A DNA stretch of 64,000 bases from contig DAOUIZ010000037.1 in NCBI GenBank assembly GCA_034423195.1, positions 9,218-73,217 on the forward strand. The letters are read 5' to 3'. Under the pieces are notes generated by a model, which saw only the letters and a program-made list of their open reading frames with translations, did no database searches and was not told the DNA's origin. The position numbers and the translations under genes were made by a program. The stretch comes from Dehalococcoidia bacterium (GTDB lineage: Bacteria; Chloroflexota; Dehalococcoidia; Lucifugimonadales; UBA3495). Positions 29,601-38,253 of this stretch are shown in pieces; the first letter of the stretch is position 1; the number at the start of each line of letters is the position of its first letter.

Positions 29601-30278
29601 GAGGCGGACAGCTGGTACCAGCGGGCGCGGGCCATCGTCGAGGAACAGCGCGACGAGGAAACGGCGGTCCTGATTTTCCATGAGCTGGGGACGGTGTGCC
29701 ACTCCCAGTACCTTTTCGACGAGGCCATCGACTACTACGAGCAGGCATTGAACCTGGCCGACCGCCTTGGAATGGAGGCGCAGATGGCCGTGGAGTTCCA
29801 CTACCTGGGCCTCCTCCAGCAGAACCGGGGCATCATCTACGACGAGGCCGAGGAGTGGTACGTCGCGGCTATGAACCAGTGGGAATTGGTGGGCAACCGC
29901 CGGGCGGTGGGGGATGAGTGCCGCCAGCTTGGAGTCCTGTTCCACGAGCAGAAGCGGTACGAGGACGCCGCCAGGTGGTACCACCAGGCGCGGGAGATTT
30001 TCGAGGAGCTGGGGGACCTGCTCCGCTCGGCCCGCACCTACGGCCAGCTGGGGATGGTGGCCGAGGAGCAGGAGGATATTCCGGGGGCCCTGGAGTGGGT
30101 GGCTAAGACCTACCAGTTGGCGATGGACTACAACCTTCCCATGGTGGTCCAGGTGAAGGCGCACCTGGCCCGTCTGCGGGACAAGATGGGGCTGGACGGC
30201 TTCGAGCAATGGTGGCAGGACTTCACCGGCGAGCCCGCTCCAACGGACTTGGACGTGGATACCAGCACGGTTTTCTAG
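26604..30278 (+). CDS. CHAT (caspase-like, apparently inactive) + STAND/NB-ARC-like NTPase + TPR protein
   Basis: LPWEL, LNVLLIAPRP, PPSF..L, FYESL..G and DW.APV are CHAT-family landmarks. Walker A GPTGGGKT, Walker B LLIWDNVE, GNPLAM, then multiple C-terminal TPRs. Confidence 0.85.
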   Translation: MSQAIEIHDLPESGQLQVVYRKPDATLEAPPSGFSNPLEPFDHRELDWYFREYADQPFGPSQARSEAVETGLRNLGRVLFESTFNANPESAALYARASQDGLAETRLEILSSRQEFLTLPWELMNETEAGYPATQMSGIIRRGPTEAAGEFDADLPADQLNVLLIAPRPSLEDSLFRGGLASETAVALEGLEVQAELEYVSPPSFQGLADALQGNPRYYHVVQLDGITVGDEPGTLVLETGAGPEKVETAQLGRTLASAQVPVAFLTGAGDGRQESWGTLAGVASDLAHHGVPVVVCLPYPLADSASREMFVRRFYESLAGGMDVAASAAGARNALMESPVRVILSGKQVMWDWVAPVTFQSQEYSPRAIEGEEPDPLAPPMLQPQQQDVNVEMQLPAPGAFGLLGRQGELHRLERMFTESPTVTLTGPTGGGKTELCLGLARWFQRLGRKQRPGGVFYTTFEASHPSGLERIVHEIGTSVAGLEFPDLSLDQQRQWVVEYLQQHPSLLIWDNVENAAGFPSGSPGLLEPEELGGLNEFIAGVTGDGQSWVLLATRRDGEDWLSVPHQTMTLPGLQGGDRRELAAAILSQAGVEPGRLSPEVVDVIDFVEGNPLAMKIVLPRLKDLPATALLAELQRTLESLPESAQEEGRPTALTAAMEFSWGKMSRRSRTHLPFLALFQRRVMMDILNHMTGEAGYKGAMGEELGWGATRTLLRTGMADGFLEGVSPSVYQIHPALPWFYGRKLGQQVATARLGDLEQEYVRVYADTADYFMESLYENQDAGVTAILAEEGNLTQALGLALEARHWDNAQLLVQPLAQVYRMQKRFAELRRLRRQLLEVVGVTAEDAASNGAEEFWTYLLGTEASESVDVGDLEYAEDLNRRLYEYLSGLEGSDQDPRVAAVSHQFGQIALRRFRLDEAAGWFEQSLGIIENGEDQASVADDYFALGQVKQHQRYYTEAKELYQKALDIHQRLPDEEEMVKDYRALGAVSHLRFEYQEADSWYQRARAIVEEQRDEETAVLIFHELGTVCHSQYLFDEAIDYYEQALNLADRLGMEAQMAVEFHYLGLLQQNRGIIYDEAEEWYVAAMNQWELVGNRRAVGDECRQLGVLFHEQKRYEDAARWYHQAREIFEELGDLLRSARTYGQLGMVAEEQEDIPGALEWVAKTYQLAMDYNLPMVVQVKAHLARLRDKMGLDGFEQWWQDFTGEPAPTDLDVDTSTVF

Positions 30279-30366
30279 CCCGGTAGCCGGTGCATCCCCA
30301 TTCCAGGGCAGTAATCTGCTATGAGTGAGCTGCCGTCTCAGAGGGCGGCCCCACCGGAGGCAATTC

Positions 30367-32355
30367 ATGGGAGTATCCAGGATAGAAGTCCACAACCGGC
30401 AGCCCTACTGCGACGGTAAGCCCTTCGGTAACGCCGGTCCTTACGAGTTGCTCGAAGGCACGGCGTTCTTCTCCGTGGACCCCGGTCATCCCGACAACAG
30501 CCTGATTGCGGATATCGAGCTGGCGCCGCGAAATGATGCGGGGATGGTCTGTTTTTCAGCGCCCTTGCGCATTTTGCGTCCGGCGGAAACAGGCCGGGGA
30601 TGCCGCACGGTTTTCCTGGACGTGGTGAACCGGGGACGCGGGCGGGCTCTGAAGCTGATTAACGACGCCCCGGATGACGGAGACCCGCTGGACCCTCCCG
30701 ACCCGGGGAACGGGTTCCTGATGCGGCAGGGCTACACGGTGGCCTGGTGCGGCTGGCAGCACGACGTCCCCGGGGTGCCCGGCCTGCTGGGGATAGACGT
30801 TCCCCAGGCGGTGCACGAGGACGGGCCGGTCTCCGGCAGGATGGCCGTGACCTTCCAGCCCTCTGCGGCATCGGACGTACAGATGCTGTCGGAGCGCGGC
30901 CACCGTCCCTATCCAACCAACCACCTGGAGGACTGGGAAGCCACCCTGGCCGTCCGTGATTCCGAGGAAGGGGAGCCACGCTCGCTGCCCCGCGACCAGT
31001 GGCATTTTGCCCATGTCGAGGCTGGACGGCGGGTCCCGGATCCGGCGCACATTCACCTGGAGTCCGGGTTCCAGCCCGGCCGGATCTACGATGTAACCTT
31101 CTCCACCAGCCACGCCCCGGTCGCGGGACTCGGTCTGCTGGCCACCCGGGACTTCATTTCCTTCTTGAGGTACGGTTCCTCGGCGGAAGGCAACCCCTGC
31201 ACTGGGGAAATTGACCTGGCCCTGGGATTCGGCCAGTCCCAGAGCGGACGGTTCCTGAAGCACCTGCTGTACCTTGGGCTGAACCTGGACGAGGGGGGCC
31301 GGAAGGTATTCGACGGGGTCATCGCCCATGTCGCGGGCGCCCGGCGGGGCGAGTTCAACCAGCGGTTTGCCCAACCCTCCACGGCCCACCGCCGCAGCAT
31401 GAGCAACCTGTTCCCCTTCACCGACGCCCCTGAAACCGATGCCGAACTAGGCGCTGCGGAAGGGCTCCTCGACCGCCAGCGGGCCAGGGGCGGCGTGCCC
31501 AGGATTTTCCTGATGAACTCCGCCTCGGAATACTGGTGGGCGCACCTCTCGCTGATCCACACCGACGTCAGCGGCGCCAGGGACATCGAACCGTCTGATG
31601 ATGTCCGCATCTACTACTATGCGGGGACCCAGCACGCCTCCGGGAACTTCCCGCTGGCCGGCGGCGAAGGCCCTGGGGAGACCCGGGGACAGCAGCCCTT
31701 CAACTGGGTCGATTACCGCCCGGTGCTGCGGGCGTCCGTTGCAAACCTCGACGCCTGGGTCCGGTCCGGCATAGCCCCGCCTCCCAGTTGCCACCCCCGC
31801 CTGTCCGACGGAACGCTGGTCACCCCCGATGCGGTGGCCCCTGCCTTCCGCGCCATCCCGGGAGTCAATTTCCCGGTCTACCTGAAGCGGTTTTCGCGCC
31901 TCCATTTCGACCCGGCGGTAAGCTCGGCGGAAAACCTCCCCGCCGGCATCGGCAGCCCCTACCCCCTCCTGGCTCCGGCGGTGGACGCCGACGGAAACGA
32001 GCTGGCCGGAATCAGGCTGCCCGACATTTCCGTGCCCCTCGCCACCAACGCTGGCTGGAACCTCCGGCATCCGTCGGTCGGCGCGGAGGGACAGGTCATT
32101 GGGACCACCGGCGCCACCATCCCCTTTGCCGTGACCCGGGAGGAACGGGAAGCCAGGCAGGACCCCCGCCCATCCATCGAAGAGCGTTACGAGTCCAGGG
32201 ATGCCTATCTGGCCCAGGTCGGGGAAGCCGCCTCCGGCCTGGCTGGCCGGGGTTTCCTCCTTCTTGAGGATTTGGAAACCGTAACCAGGCACGCCGGAGA
32301 ACGGTTTGACGCCCTGACCGCCGGGGCCAGGCAGCCCCAACCGGCGGACAATTAA
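30367..32355 (+). CDS. Alpha/beta-hydrolase-domain protein (paralog 2)
   Basis: Same motifs as 7127-9109: DVVNRG, GFLMRQGYTVAWCGWQ, GQSQSGRFL, YYYAGTQH, GIRLPD. Confidence 0.8.
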   Translation: MGVSRIEVHNRQPYCDGKPFGNAGPYELLEGTAFFSVDPGHPDNSLIADIELAPRNDAGMVCFSAPLRILRPAETGRGCRTVFLDVVNRGRGRALKLINDAPDDGDPLDPPDPGNGFLMRQGYTVAWCGWQHDVPGVPGLLGIDVPQAVHEDGPVSGRMAVTFQPSAASDVQMLSERGHRPYPTNHLEDWEATLAVRDSEEGEPRSLPRDQWHFAHVEAGRRVPDPAHIHLESGFQPGRIYDVTFSTSHAPVAGLGLLATRDFISFLRYGSSAEGNPCTGEIDLALGFGQSQSGRFLKHLLYLGLNLDEGGRKVFDGVIAHVAGARRGEFNQRFAQPSTAHRRSMSNLFPFTDAPETDAELGAAEGLLDRQRARGGVPRIFLMNSASEYWWAHLSLIHTDVSGARDIEPSDDVRIYYYAGTQHASGNFPLAGGEGPGETRGQQPFNWVDYRPVLRASVANLDAWVRSGIAPPPSCHPRLSDGTLVTPDAVAPAFRAIPGVNFPVYLKRFSRLHFDPAVSSAENLPAGIGSPYPLLAPAVDADGNELAGIRLPDISVPLATNAGWNLRHPSVGAEGQVIGTTGATIPFAVTREEREARQDPRPSIEERYESRDAYLAQVGEAASGLAGRGFLLLEDLETVTRHAGERFDALTAGARQPQPADN

Positions 32356-32411
32356 CCGTCGGACTACTACCGGAACCATACCCGCAGACCAGCCGCCGCA
32401 AGGAGAGCGCG

Positions 32412-33254
32412 ATGAACATAGGCACCTCGGTACCCTTGCCCGCTTACACCATAGACCCGGCATTCATGGCCCGGAAGGCCGAGGAGCTGGGTTTCGATTC
32501 CATCTGGTACGCCGAACACCCCATTCTGCCGGTTAACAGTGACAGTCCCTTCCCCAGTGGCGGCCCCATCCCCGAGACCTACGCCCACTTCTCCGACCCC
32601 TACATTTCCCTCGCCCGGGCTTCCTCGGTGACCACCACCATCAAGTTGGCCACCGGAATTACCCTGGTGCCGGAACGCAACCCCCTGGTGCTGGCCAAGG
32701 CCATCGCCACCCTCGACCGTTACAGCGGAGGCCGGTTCATGTTCGGCATCGGAGCTGGCTGGAACCGGGAAGAAACGGAAATCATGGGCGGGGACTTCGA
32801 CCACCGCTGGACCCAGACCCGGGAAGCCGTGGCCGTGCTGAAAGAGCTGTGGACCAAGGACGAAGCCGAGTTCCACGGCCGTTACTACGACTTCCCCCCG
32901 GTCAAGTGCAACCCCAAGCCGGTGCAGGACCCCCATCCGCCCGTAATTCTCGGCGGTATGGCCCGCAACGTCCTGCGGCGCGTTGCCACCTGGGGCGATG
33001 GCTGGATGCCCAACCGCATCAGCCCTGCGGACCTGGAACGGAGCCGCGCTACCCTGGACAACCTGGCGGCGGAGCTTGGCCGGGATCCGGCATCCCTGAC
33101 GATAACCGTCTACGGACAGGACCCCAACCTCGAAGCCCTGCGTTCCCTTTTCGACGCCGGGGCCGACCGGGTGGTGGTCCGCCCCGATTTCGTCGAAACC
33201 GAAGCCGAGATGGGAGAGCAGCTGGAGCGGATCGCGGAAGCGGTCATCCGCTGA
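32412..33254 (+). CDS. LLM-class F420-dependent oxidoreductase
   Basis: AEELGFDSIWYAEH, LAKAIATLD.YSGGR..FGIGAGW, PKPVQ.PHPPV and WGDGWMP motifs. Confidence 0.9.
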   Translation: MNIGTSVPLPAYTIDPAFMARKAEELGFDSIWYAEHPILPVNSDSPFPSGGPIPETYAHFSDPYISLARASSVTTTIKLATGITLVPERNPLVLAKAIATLDRYSGGRFMFGIGAGWNREETEIMGGDFDHRWTQTREAVAVLKELWTKDEAEFHGRYYDFPPVKCNPKPVQDPHPPVILGGMARNVLRRVATWGDGWMPNRISPADLERSRATLDNLAAELGRDPASLTITVYGQDPNLEALRSLFDAGADRVVVRPDFVETEAEMGEQLERIAEAVIR

Positions 33255-33312
33255 TCCCATTGCCTACCCCGTCGCGCCCATCAAGCTGAAGCAACCTGGA
33301 GGACCACGAGGA

Positions 33313-34665
33313 ATGGACCAAACATCACAGCTGCTGAGTTCCTACGCCTGCCGCCTTTCTTACGAAGACCTGAGCCCGGCGACCGTGCATCAGATTAAGA
33401 GAACGGTGGTGGACACCTTCGGGTGCGCCATCGGGGGATACCTGTCGGAGCCGGCCAAGATTGCCCGGCGGTTGGCCGCCGGGGTCAACAGCGTTGCCCC
33501 TTCCCGCATCATCGGCACCGGGGATTACAGCTCGATGGACCTGGCCGGGTTCGCCAACGGCGTGATGGTGCGCTACCTGGACTGCAATGACTCCTACTTT
33601 TCCCCTGGGGGCGGGCATCCCAGCGACATGATCCCCGCGGCCCTGGCCGTGGGAGACACCTTGAGCGCCGACGGGCCGTCGTTGATCACGGCCATCGCCC
33701 TGGCCTACGAGGTATTCTGCCGTATCTCCGACGAGGTGCCCGAATCGGGCTGGGACCAGGGCATCTTCAGCGTCATCGGCGCCGCCTGTGCCGCCGGTAA
33801 GCTCATGGACCTGGACGAGGAGCAGATGGCCCACGCCATTTCCCTCGCGGCGGTCCCCAACATCCCCCTGAGGGTGACCCGCATGGGTGAGCTTTCCATG
33901 TGGAAGGGATGCGCCGCCGCCAGCGCGACCCGGGCTGGCATCTTCGCCGCCCAGTTGGCCGCCGAAGGGATGAACGGCCCCTTCGAGCCCTTCGAGGGGA
34001 GAAAAGGTCTGTGGGAATCGGCCTTGGGCCGCGACATCCGGTTGGACAGGATGGGGGGAGGGGACGAACCCTTCCTCATCACCCAGAACACCTTCAAGTT
34101 CTACCCATCGCAGATTCACACCCAGAATCCCATCGGGCTGGCCATCGACCTCCATTCCCGGGTTGACGTCGCCGACATCGAGTCCATCCATATCAGTAGC
34201 TACCACAGCGCGGTCAGCAGCGCGTCCACCGAGCCGGAGAAGTGGGACCCCAAGACCCGGGAAACCGCCGACCACAGCATACCCTTCCTGGTGGCCGTCG
34301 GGCTGCGGGACGGCGCGGTAACCCCGGCCACCTTCACCCCGGACCGCATCGCCGACCCGTCGCTCCGCCCCATACTGGCCAAGATGACCATCGAAGAGGA
34401 CCCGGCCTTCACGGAAAAATACCCGTCGGAGTACAACTGCCGGATCGAAGTCAGGACCAGGTCCGGGGCGGGTTATGTTGCCTCCGGGCCTTATCCCAAG
34501 GGCCACCGCAACAACCCATTGAGCGACGCCGAGGTCAGCGAGAAATTCCGCCGTCTGGCAACTCCCATGCTCTCCGATGAACAATGCGGCGAGGCCCTGG
34601 GACTGTTGTGGAGCCTGGAGCAGCAGCTCGACATGGACGACGTATTTGATGCGCTGGTAGTATAG
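33313..34665 (+). CDS. MmgE/PrpD family protein
   Basis: RYLDCND, GHPSD, LSMWKG, TADHS and PKGH..NP motifs. Confidence 0.92.
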   Translation: MDQTSQLLSSYACRLSYEDLSPATVHQIKRTVVDTFGCAIGGYLSEPAKIARRLAAGVNSVAPSRIIGTGDYSSMDLAGFANGVMVRYLDCNDSYFSPGGGHPSDMIPAALAVGDTLSADGPSLITAIALAYEVFCRISDEVPESGWDQGIFSVIGAACAAGKLMDLDEEQMAHAISLAAVPNIPLRVTRMGELSMWKGCAAASATRAGIFAAQLAAEGMNGPFEPFEGRKGLWESALGRDIRLDRMGGGDEPFLITQNTFKFYPSQIHTQNPIGLAIDLHSRVDVADIESIHISSYHSAVSSASTEPEKWDPKTRETADHSIPFLVAVGLRDGAVTPATFTPDRIADPSLRPILAKMTIEEDPAFTEKYPSEYNCRIEVRTRSGAGYVASGPYPKGHRNNPLSDAEVSEKFRRLATPMLSDEQCGEALGLLWSLEQQLDMDDVFDALVV

Positions 34666-34841
34666 GAGCCGTTTTCGCCGTAGAATCGGGTCCCGGTGGG
34701 CTTCACCCGCGGGTTTGTGCCTGGGGTTTTCGGGAGGTGGCGTGGTGGCCGGGACGGGGGGAATCCGGGGAATCCGATGCGGTGTCCGGCACGTATTAGG
34801 GGAGACAGGGATCGCTGTCTTCCGGCGCCTGGAGACGGGCG

Positions 34842-35414
34842 GTGGATAGTTACAATGAGCTGGAAGACCTCCAGCTCATCCAAATGACCGCTGGTGGCGA
34901 CGGCCAGGCTCTCGAAGAGCTCTATTCCCGCTACTCGACGGCGGTTTACTCGCTGGCCCGGTATATGTTGCGTAACGAAGCCTCGGCGGAAGACGCCACG
35001 CAGGACATCTTCATCAATATCTGGACCAAATCGGCGAGCTACAAGCCGGAGCGGGGAGCCCCCCGGTCGTGGTTGATGAGCGTGGCCCACAACAAGATTA
35101 TCGACATCATCCGCTCCCAGCGCCGGCACCAGAACCTGGGAGACCAGGGGGATTACGAGACCCTGGACCTTCTTCCGTCCCGGTCCCGGCCCACGGACGA
35201 AGAGGCGGAACTGAACATCGAACGGGAACGCATCATCAAGGCGCTGGACGGCCTGCCCGAGGGCCAAAGGTCGGCGCTTTTCCTGGCCTACTTCGAAGGG
35301 TATTCCCAATCCGAAATCGCGGCCAGGCTGGGCCTTCCCCTGGGAACGGTGAAAACAAGAATGCGGCTGGGAATGCAGAAGTTACGGCTGGAACTGGAGG
35401 CCGATGTCGCCTGA
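34842..35414 (+). CDS. ECF sigma factor (SigK-like)
   Basis: ALEELYSRY, AEDATQDIF..IW, WL..VAHNK.ID, GYSQSEIA..LGLPLGTVKTR. Confidence 0.92.
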   Translation: MDSYNELEDLQLIQMTAGGDGQALEELYSRYSTAVYSLARYMLRNEASAEDATQDIFINIWTKSASYKPERGAPRSWLMSVAHNKIIDIIRSQRRHQNLGDQGDYETLDLLPSRSRPTDEEAELNIERERIIKALDGLPEGQRSALFLAYFEGYSQSEIAARLGLPLGTVKTRMRLGMQKLRLELEADVA

Positions 35415-36348
35415 CATGAGGGGCCATCCCGACGACCTCTTCGAAGCCTACGCGCTGGAAGCGCTGGATGCTTACGAAGCGAATCTGGTCGACCAACACC
35501 TGGAGAGCTGCTCCCGGTGCCAGGTCCTGGCCGGGCGGGCGTTGGAATCGGTAACCCGCCTCGCCATGGCCGTGCAGCAGGCTCCGGCTCCCCCGGGGAT
35601 CCTCGACCGGGTCATGGCCGAGATTAACCCTCCGGCGCTGGAGATGAGTCCGGCCGCGAGCACCCGGGCGCCCCGGTGGCCGGTGCCCGGATGGTCAATG
35701 CCCCGGTTCATGCTGCCTTCCTGGTTCACTCTCCGGGGACTGGCCCTCCCCGCGGCTGCGGTGGTGGTGCTGGCCCTTTTCGGGCTGTCGGTGGCTTTGA
35801 ACCTGAGGCTGGCCGAACAGGTCGATGACATGGCCCAGCGAAACTCAACGGTCACGGCCCAGATGGCCAGCGCGTTGCGGGAAACGGAAAGGTTGCAGCG
35901 GGAAACCTCCGTCATCGCCGCCCAGATGGAAAGCTCCGGCATAGTGTCGCTGGGGAAAATCTCCGATTGGACCGCCACTCTGATTGGCAGCTACCTCGAT
36001 TCCTTCCCGGAAGCCCAACCCGTGATGTTGGAACCGTCGGAAGACCATTCCGGCCACGAAGGGTTCCTGCTGGTTGAGGACGAAGGCAGGAAGGCGACGA
36101 TGATGATTTCCAGCCAGAACCCCGCGTCGGGCAACACGCCGTACCTCGTCTGGCTGGTCCGGGGGACAGACTGGACCCCGGCGGGAGAGGTAATGGTGAA
36201 CGAGTCAGGGCAGGGAACGCTGAACATCGAATCCGGCCAGTCCCTGTTCGAGTTCGACTCGGTGAGCGTTACGATGGAAGGGCAGGAACCGGCCCGCGAC
36301 CAGGTTGTGCTGACCAGCCGGATTCCCCATCAGGCCAACCCCAGGTAG
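35404..36348 (+). CDS. Anti-sigma factor (ZAS domain, TM helix, RskA-like C-terminus)
   Basis: HLESCSRC matches HxxxCxxC. One hydrophobic helix. YLVWL...AG in the C-terminal domain. Overlaps the sigma stop. Confidence 0.85.
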   Translation: MSPDMRGHPDDLFEAYALEALDAYEANLVDQHLESCSRCQVLAGRALESVTRLAMAVQQAPAPPGILDRVMAEINPPALEMSPAASTRAPRWPVPGWSMPRFMLPSWFTLRGLALPAAAVVVLALFGLSVALNLRLAEQVDDMAQRNSTVTAQMASALRETERLQRETSVIAAQMESSGIVSLGKISDWTATLIGSYLDSFPEAQPVMLEPSEDHSGHEGFLLVEDEGRKATMMISSQNPASGNTPYLVWLVRGTDWTPAGEVMVNESGQGTLNIESGQSLFEFDSVSVTMEGQEPARDQVVLTSRIPHQANPR

Positions 36349-36366
36349 GAGACCCGGGCTTCACCG

Positions 36367-36516
36367 ATGACTGCGGAGCCTCGGAAACCGGCACCCGCGC
36401 CCGGCCCGGCCAGTCCCCCGTCGGCTTGCGAAATTTGCGGCGGGCCCACGCTGGAGCTTCACTGCAAGATCCAATGCCGCAACTGCGGCTACACCCGCGA
36501 CTGCTCCGACCCCTAG
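36367..36516 (+). CDS. 49-aa Cys-rich zinc-finger microprotein (not in ORF track)
   Basis: Translated by hand: MTAEPRKPAPAPGPASPPSACEICGGPTLELHCKIQCRNCGYTRDCSDP*. CxxCG...HCK..CxxCG...DCSDP. AGGAG upstream. Confidence 0.75.
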   Translation: MTAEPRKPAPAPGPASPPSACEICGGPTLELHCKIQCRNCGYTRDCSDP

Positions 36517-36611
36517 CGCCGTCGGCGGCCATTCACCGAAAGACTGTCTCGAAGCCGCCTACCCTCTCTCCCGTCACCCCCACGCAAGGCCAGCCCTGCC
36601 GCCTACTCTCC

Positions 36612-36684
36612 CGTCATTCCCGCGCAGAGCCTGCCCCTGGCGACTGAGGAGGGACGACGAAGGAGGGAAAGGGGCGGGAATCCA
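36612..36684 (+). repeat. CGTC REP with 46-bp loop insertion
   Basis: CGTCATTCCCGCGCAG-[AGCCTGCCCC...AAAGGG]-GCGGGAATCCA. Confidence 0.85.
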
Positions 36685-36712
36685 GACCCCCGCAAACCGT
36701 CGCCCCATGCCG

Positions 36713-38167
36713 TCACTCCCCGCGCGGGAAAGGCCACCACTCCGGGTAGTCCCGCAGACGCAGGTGCCGGAAAAGCTCGGGATGGGTATCCACCGCCAGC
36801 CTCATCGCCTGGGAGACCGGCTCCCGGATGGCATCGTGGGCCAGCTCCGACGTGCGGAGCTTGAAGAGGTGGTGGCACTCCCTCAGGTTGACGTGGGCCA
36901 CGGCGCGGCGGTAATGGGCGTGGGAAACCAGGTACTGGGCGGCCACAGGAGAAATGTCACGCACCCGCCGGAAGGTATCCTCCGCCCGCCCCAGCACCGA
37001 CTCGAACACGGCGGCCATTCCCGCATCGTGGATCAGGGGCGGCAATCGGTATCCCAGGTCCACCGTCGCCGGTTGCGGGAGACAGGTCAGCATCCGGTGG
37101 CGCCTGAACTCCCGGAATGCGCCGTAATCCAGGGTGAACTCCAAGGTGTACTGTACGGTCTCGAACTCCCGCCCGGGCAGATCGTGTGGCCCTATCCCCT
37201 CCACGCAGCGGTGGATTATGTCATGTCTCTGGGACTCCGGCATGGCCCGGACCGTCTGGAGCACGTCGTCGTAGCCCGTCCCTGAGTAGCGGTAGAGCAG
37301 GGCCGCGGCCAGCTTTTCCACCGCATCGGTATCCCACCCGACCAGCCTGGCCGGGATAACGGAAGCATCCGCGCCGCCTCCCGGGATAGCTCCCCCTTCC
37401 CGGGTCCCGGCCTCGGAAGCCAACTCCTTCTGCTCCGCCGAGACGGCGGTGAGATAGGCGTTCTCGTCGGCGTACTTGATCAGGGTGGGAGTGATGGTGC
37501 GGGCCTGCTCCCGAATCTCCAGCCCCACGTCCCGCTCCTCGGCCAGTTCCGAGGACAGGAGCTTGGTGACCGCGTGTTCCAGGGTGCGGGCGTTGGCCGT
37601 GACTCCCACGTTGGTCAGGGTGGCGGCCGGCAGCACTTCCCGGCACTGGTCCGTGGCTATGCGCCGCAGCCGCAGCCGGTAGGCGGATTCACGCTCCCCG
37701 TCCGCCCGGGGATGCTCCCTGGCTAGGTGCGCCATGCAGCCGTCGAGCAGTCGGGAATATGCCTCGAACATGCTCCGGCAGGTGCTGTGGTACTCCTCCA
37801 GCAGCAGGGGGAAGGGCTCCAGTTCCCGGGGAGTGTGGTAGCTGCCCGGAGGCAGCACCTGGTACCGGGATGACTTCTCGGTGTAGGAAGCCAAACGGTT
37901 GTCCTCGATGCCGTCGCAGGCCAGTCGGGATACGTTCTCCACGGCCAGGTGGACCACGGCGTGCTCCGCGACGGAGGCATGACCGTATCCCAGGACCCAT
38001 CGCTCGTGGAAATCGGCGGCGCGTTCCCGGCTGACCTCCTCGGCAATCTCGTCGAAAGGTTCGGGCCGGCGCGAGGTCATGGCAAAGACAACGGCGATCT
38101 GCTCTTCGGTCAGACCGTGGGCGTCCAGCGGGTAGACCCGGCGGCTGGGGGCGTGTTCAGTGCTCAC
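36713..38167 (-). CDS. thyX: FAD-dependent thymidylate synthase, tandem two-domain type
   Basis: GYGHASVAEHA, NRLASYTEKSSRY, R.VLPAAT.TNVG...NAR, and second-domain RRHRM. Confidence 0.85.
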   Translation of the reverse strand: MSTEHAPSRRVYPLDAHGLTEEQIAVVFAMTSRRPEPFDEIAEEVSRERAADFHERWVLGYGHASVAEHAVVHLAVENVSRLACDGIEDNRLASYTEKSSRYQVLPPGSYHTPRELEPFPLLLEEYHSTCRSMFEAYSRLLDGCMAHLAREHPRADGERESAYRLRLRRIATDQCREVLPAATLTNVGVTANARTLEHAVTKLLSSELAEERDVGLEIREQARTITPTLIKYADENAYLTAVSAEQKELASEAGTREGGAIPGGGADASVIPARLVGWDTDAVEKLAAALLYRYSGTGYDDVLQTVRAMPESQRHDIIHRCVEGIGPHDLPGREFETVQYTLEFTLDYGAFREFRRHRMLTCLPQPATVDLGYRLPPLIHDAGMAAVFESVLGRAEDTFRRVRDISPVAAQYLVSHAHYRRAVAHVNLRECHHLFKLRTSELAHDAIREPVSQAMRLAVDTHPELFRHLRLRDYPEWWPFPRGE

Positions 38168-38253
38168 TCATACAATTGTTGATGAACGCCGGGGAAAAAA
38201 ATATAACCTGTCTTGCGGTATTTGAGAGATTTAGCCAGCTCAGGCGTCGGCGG

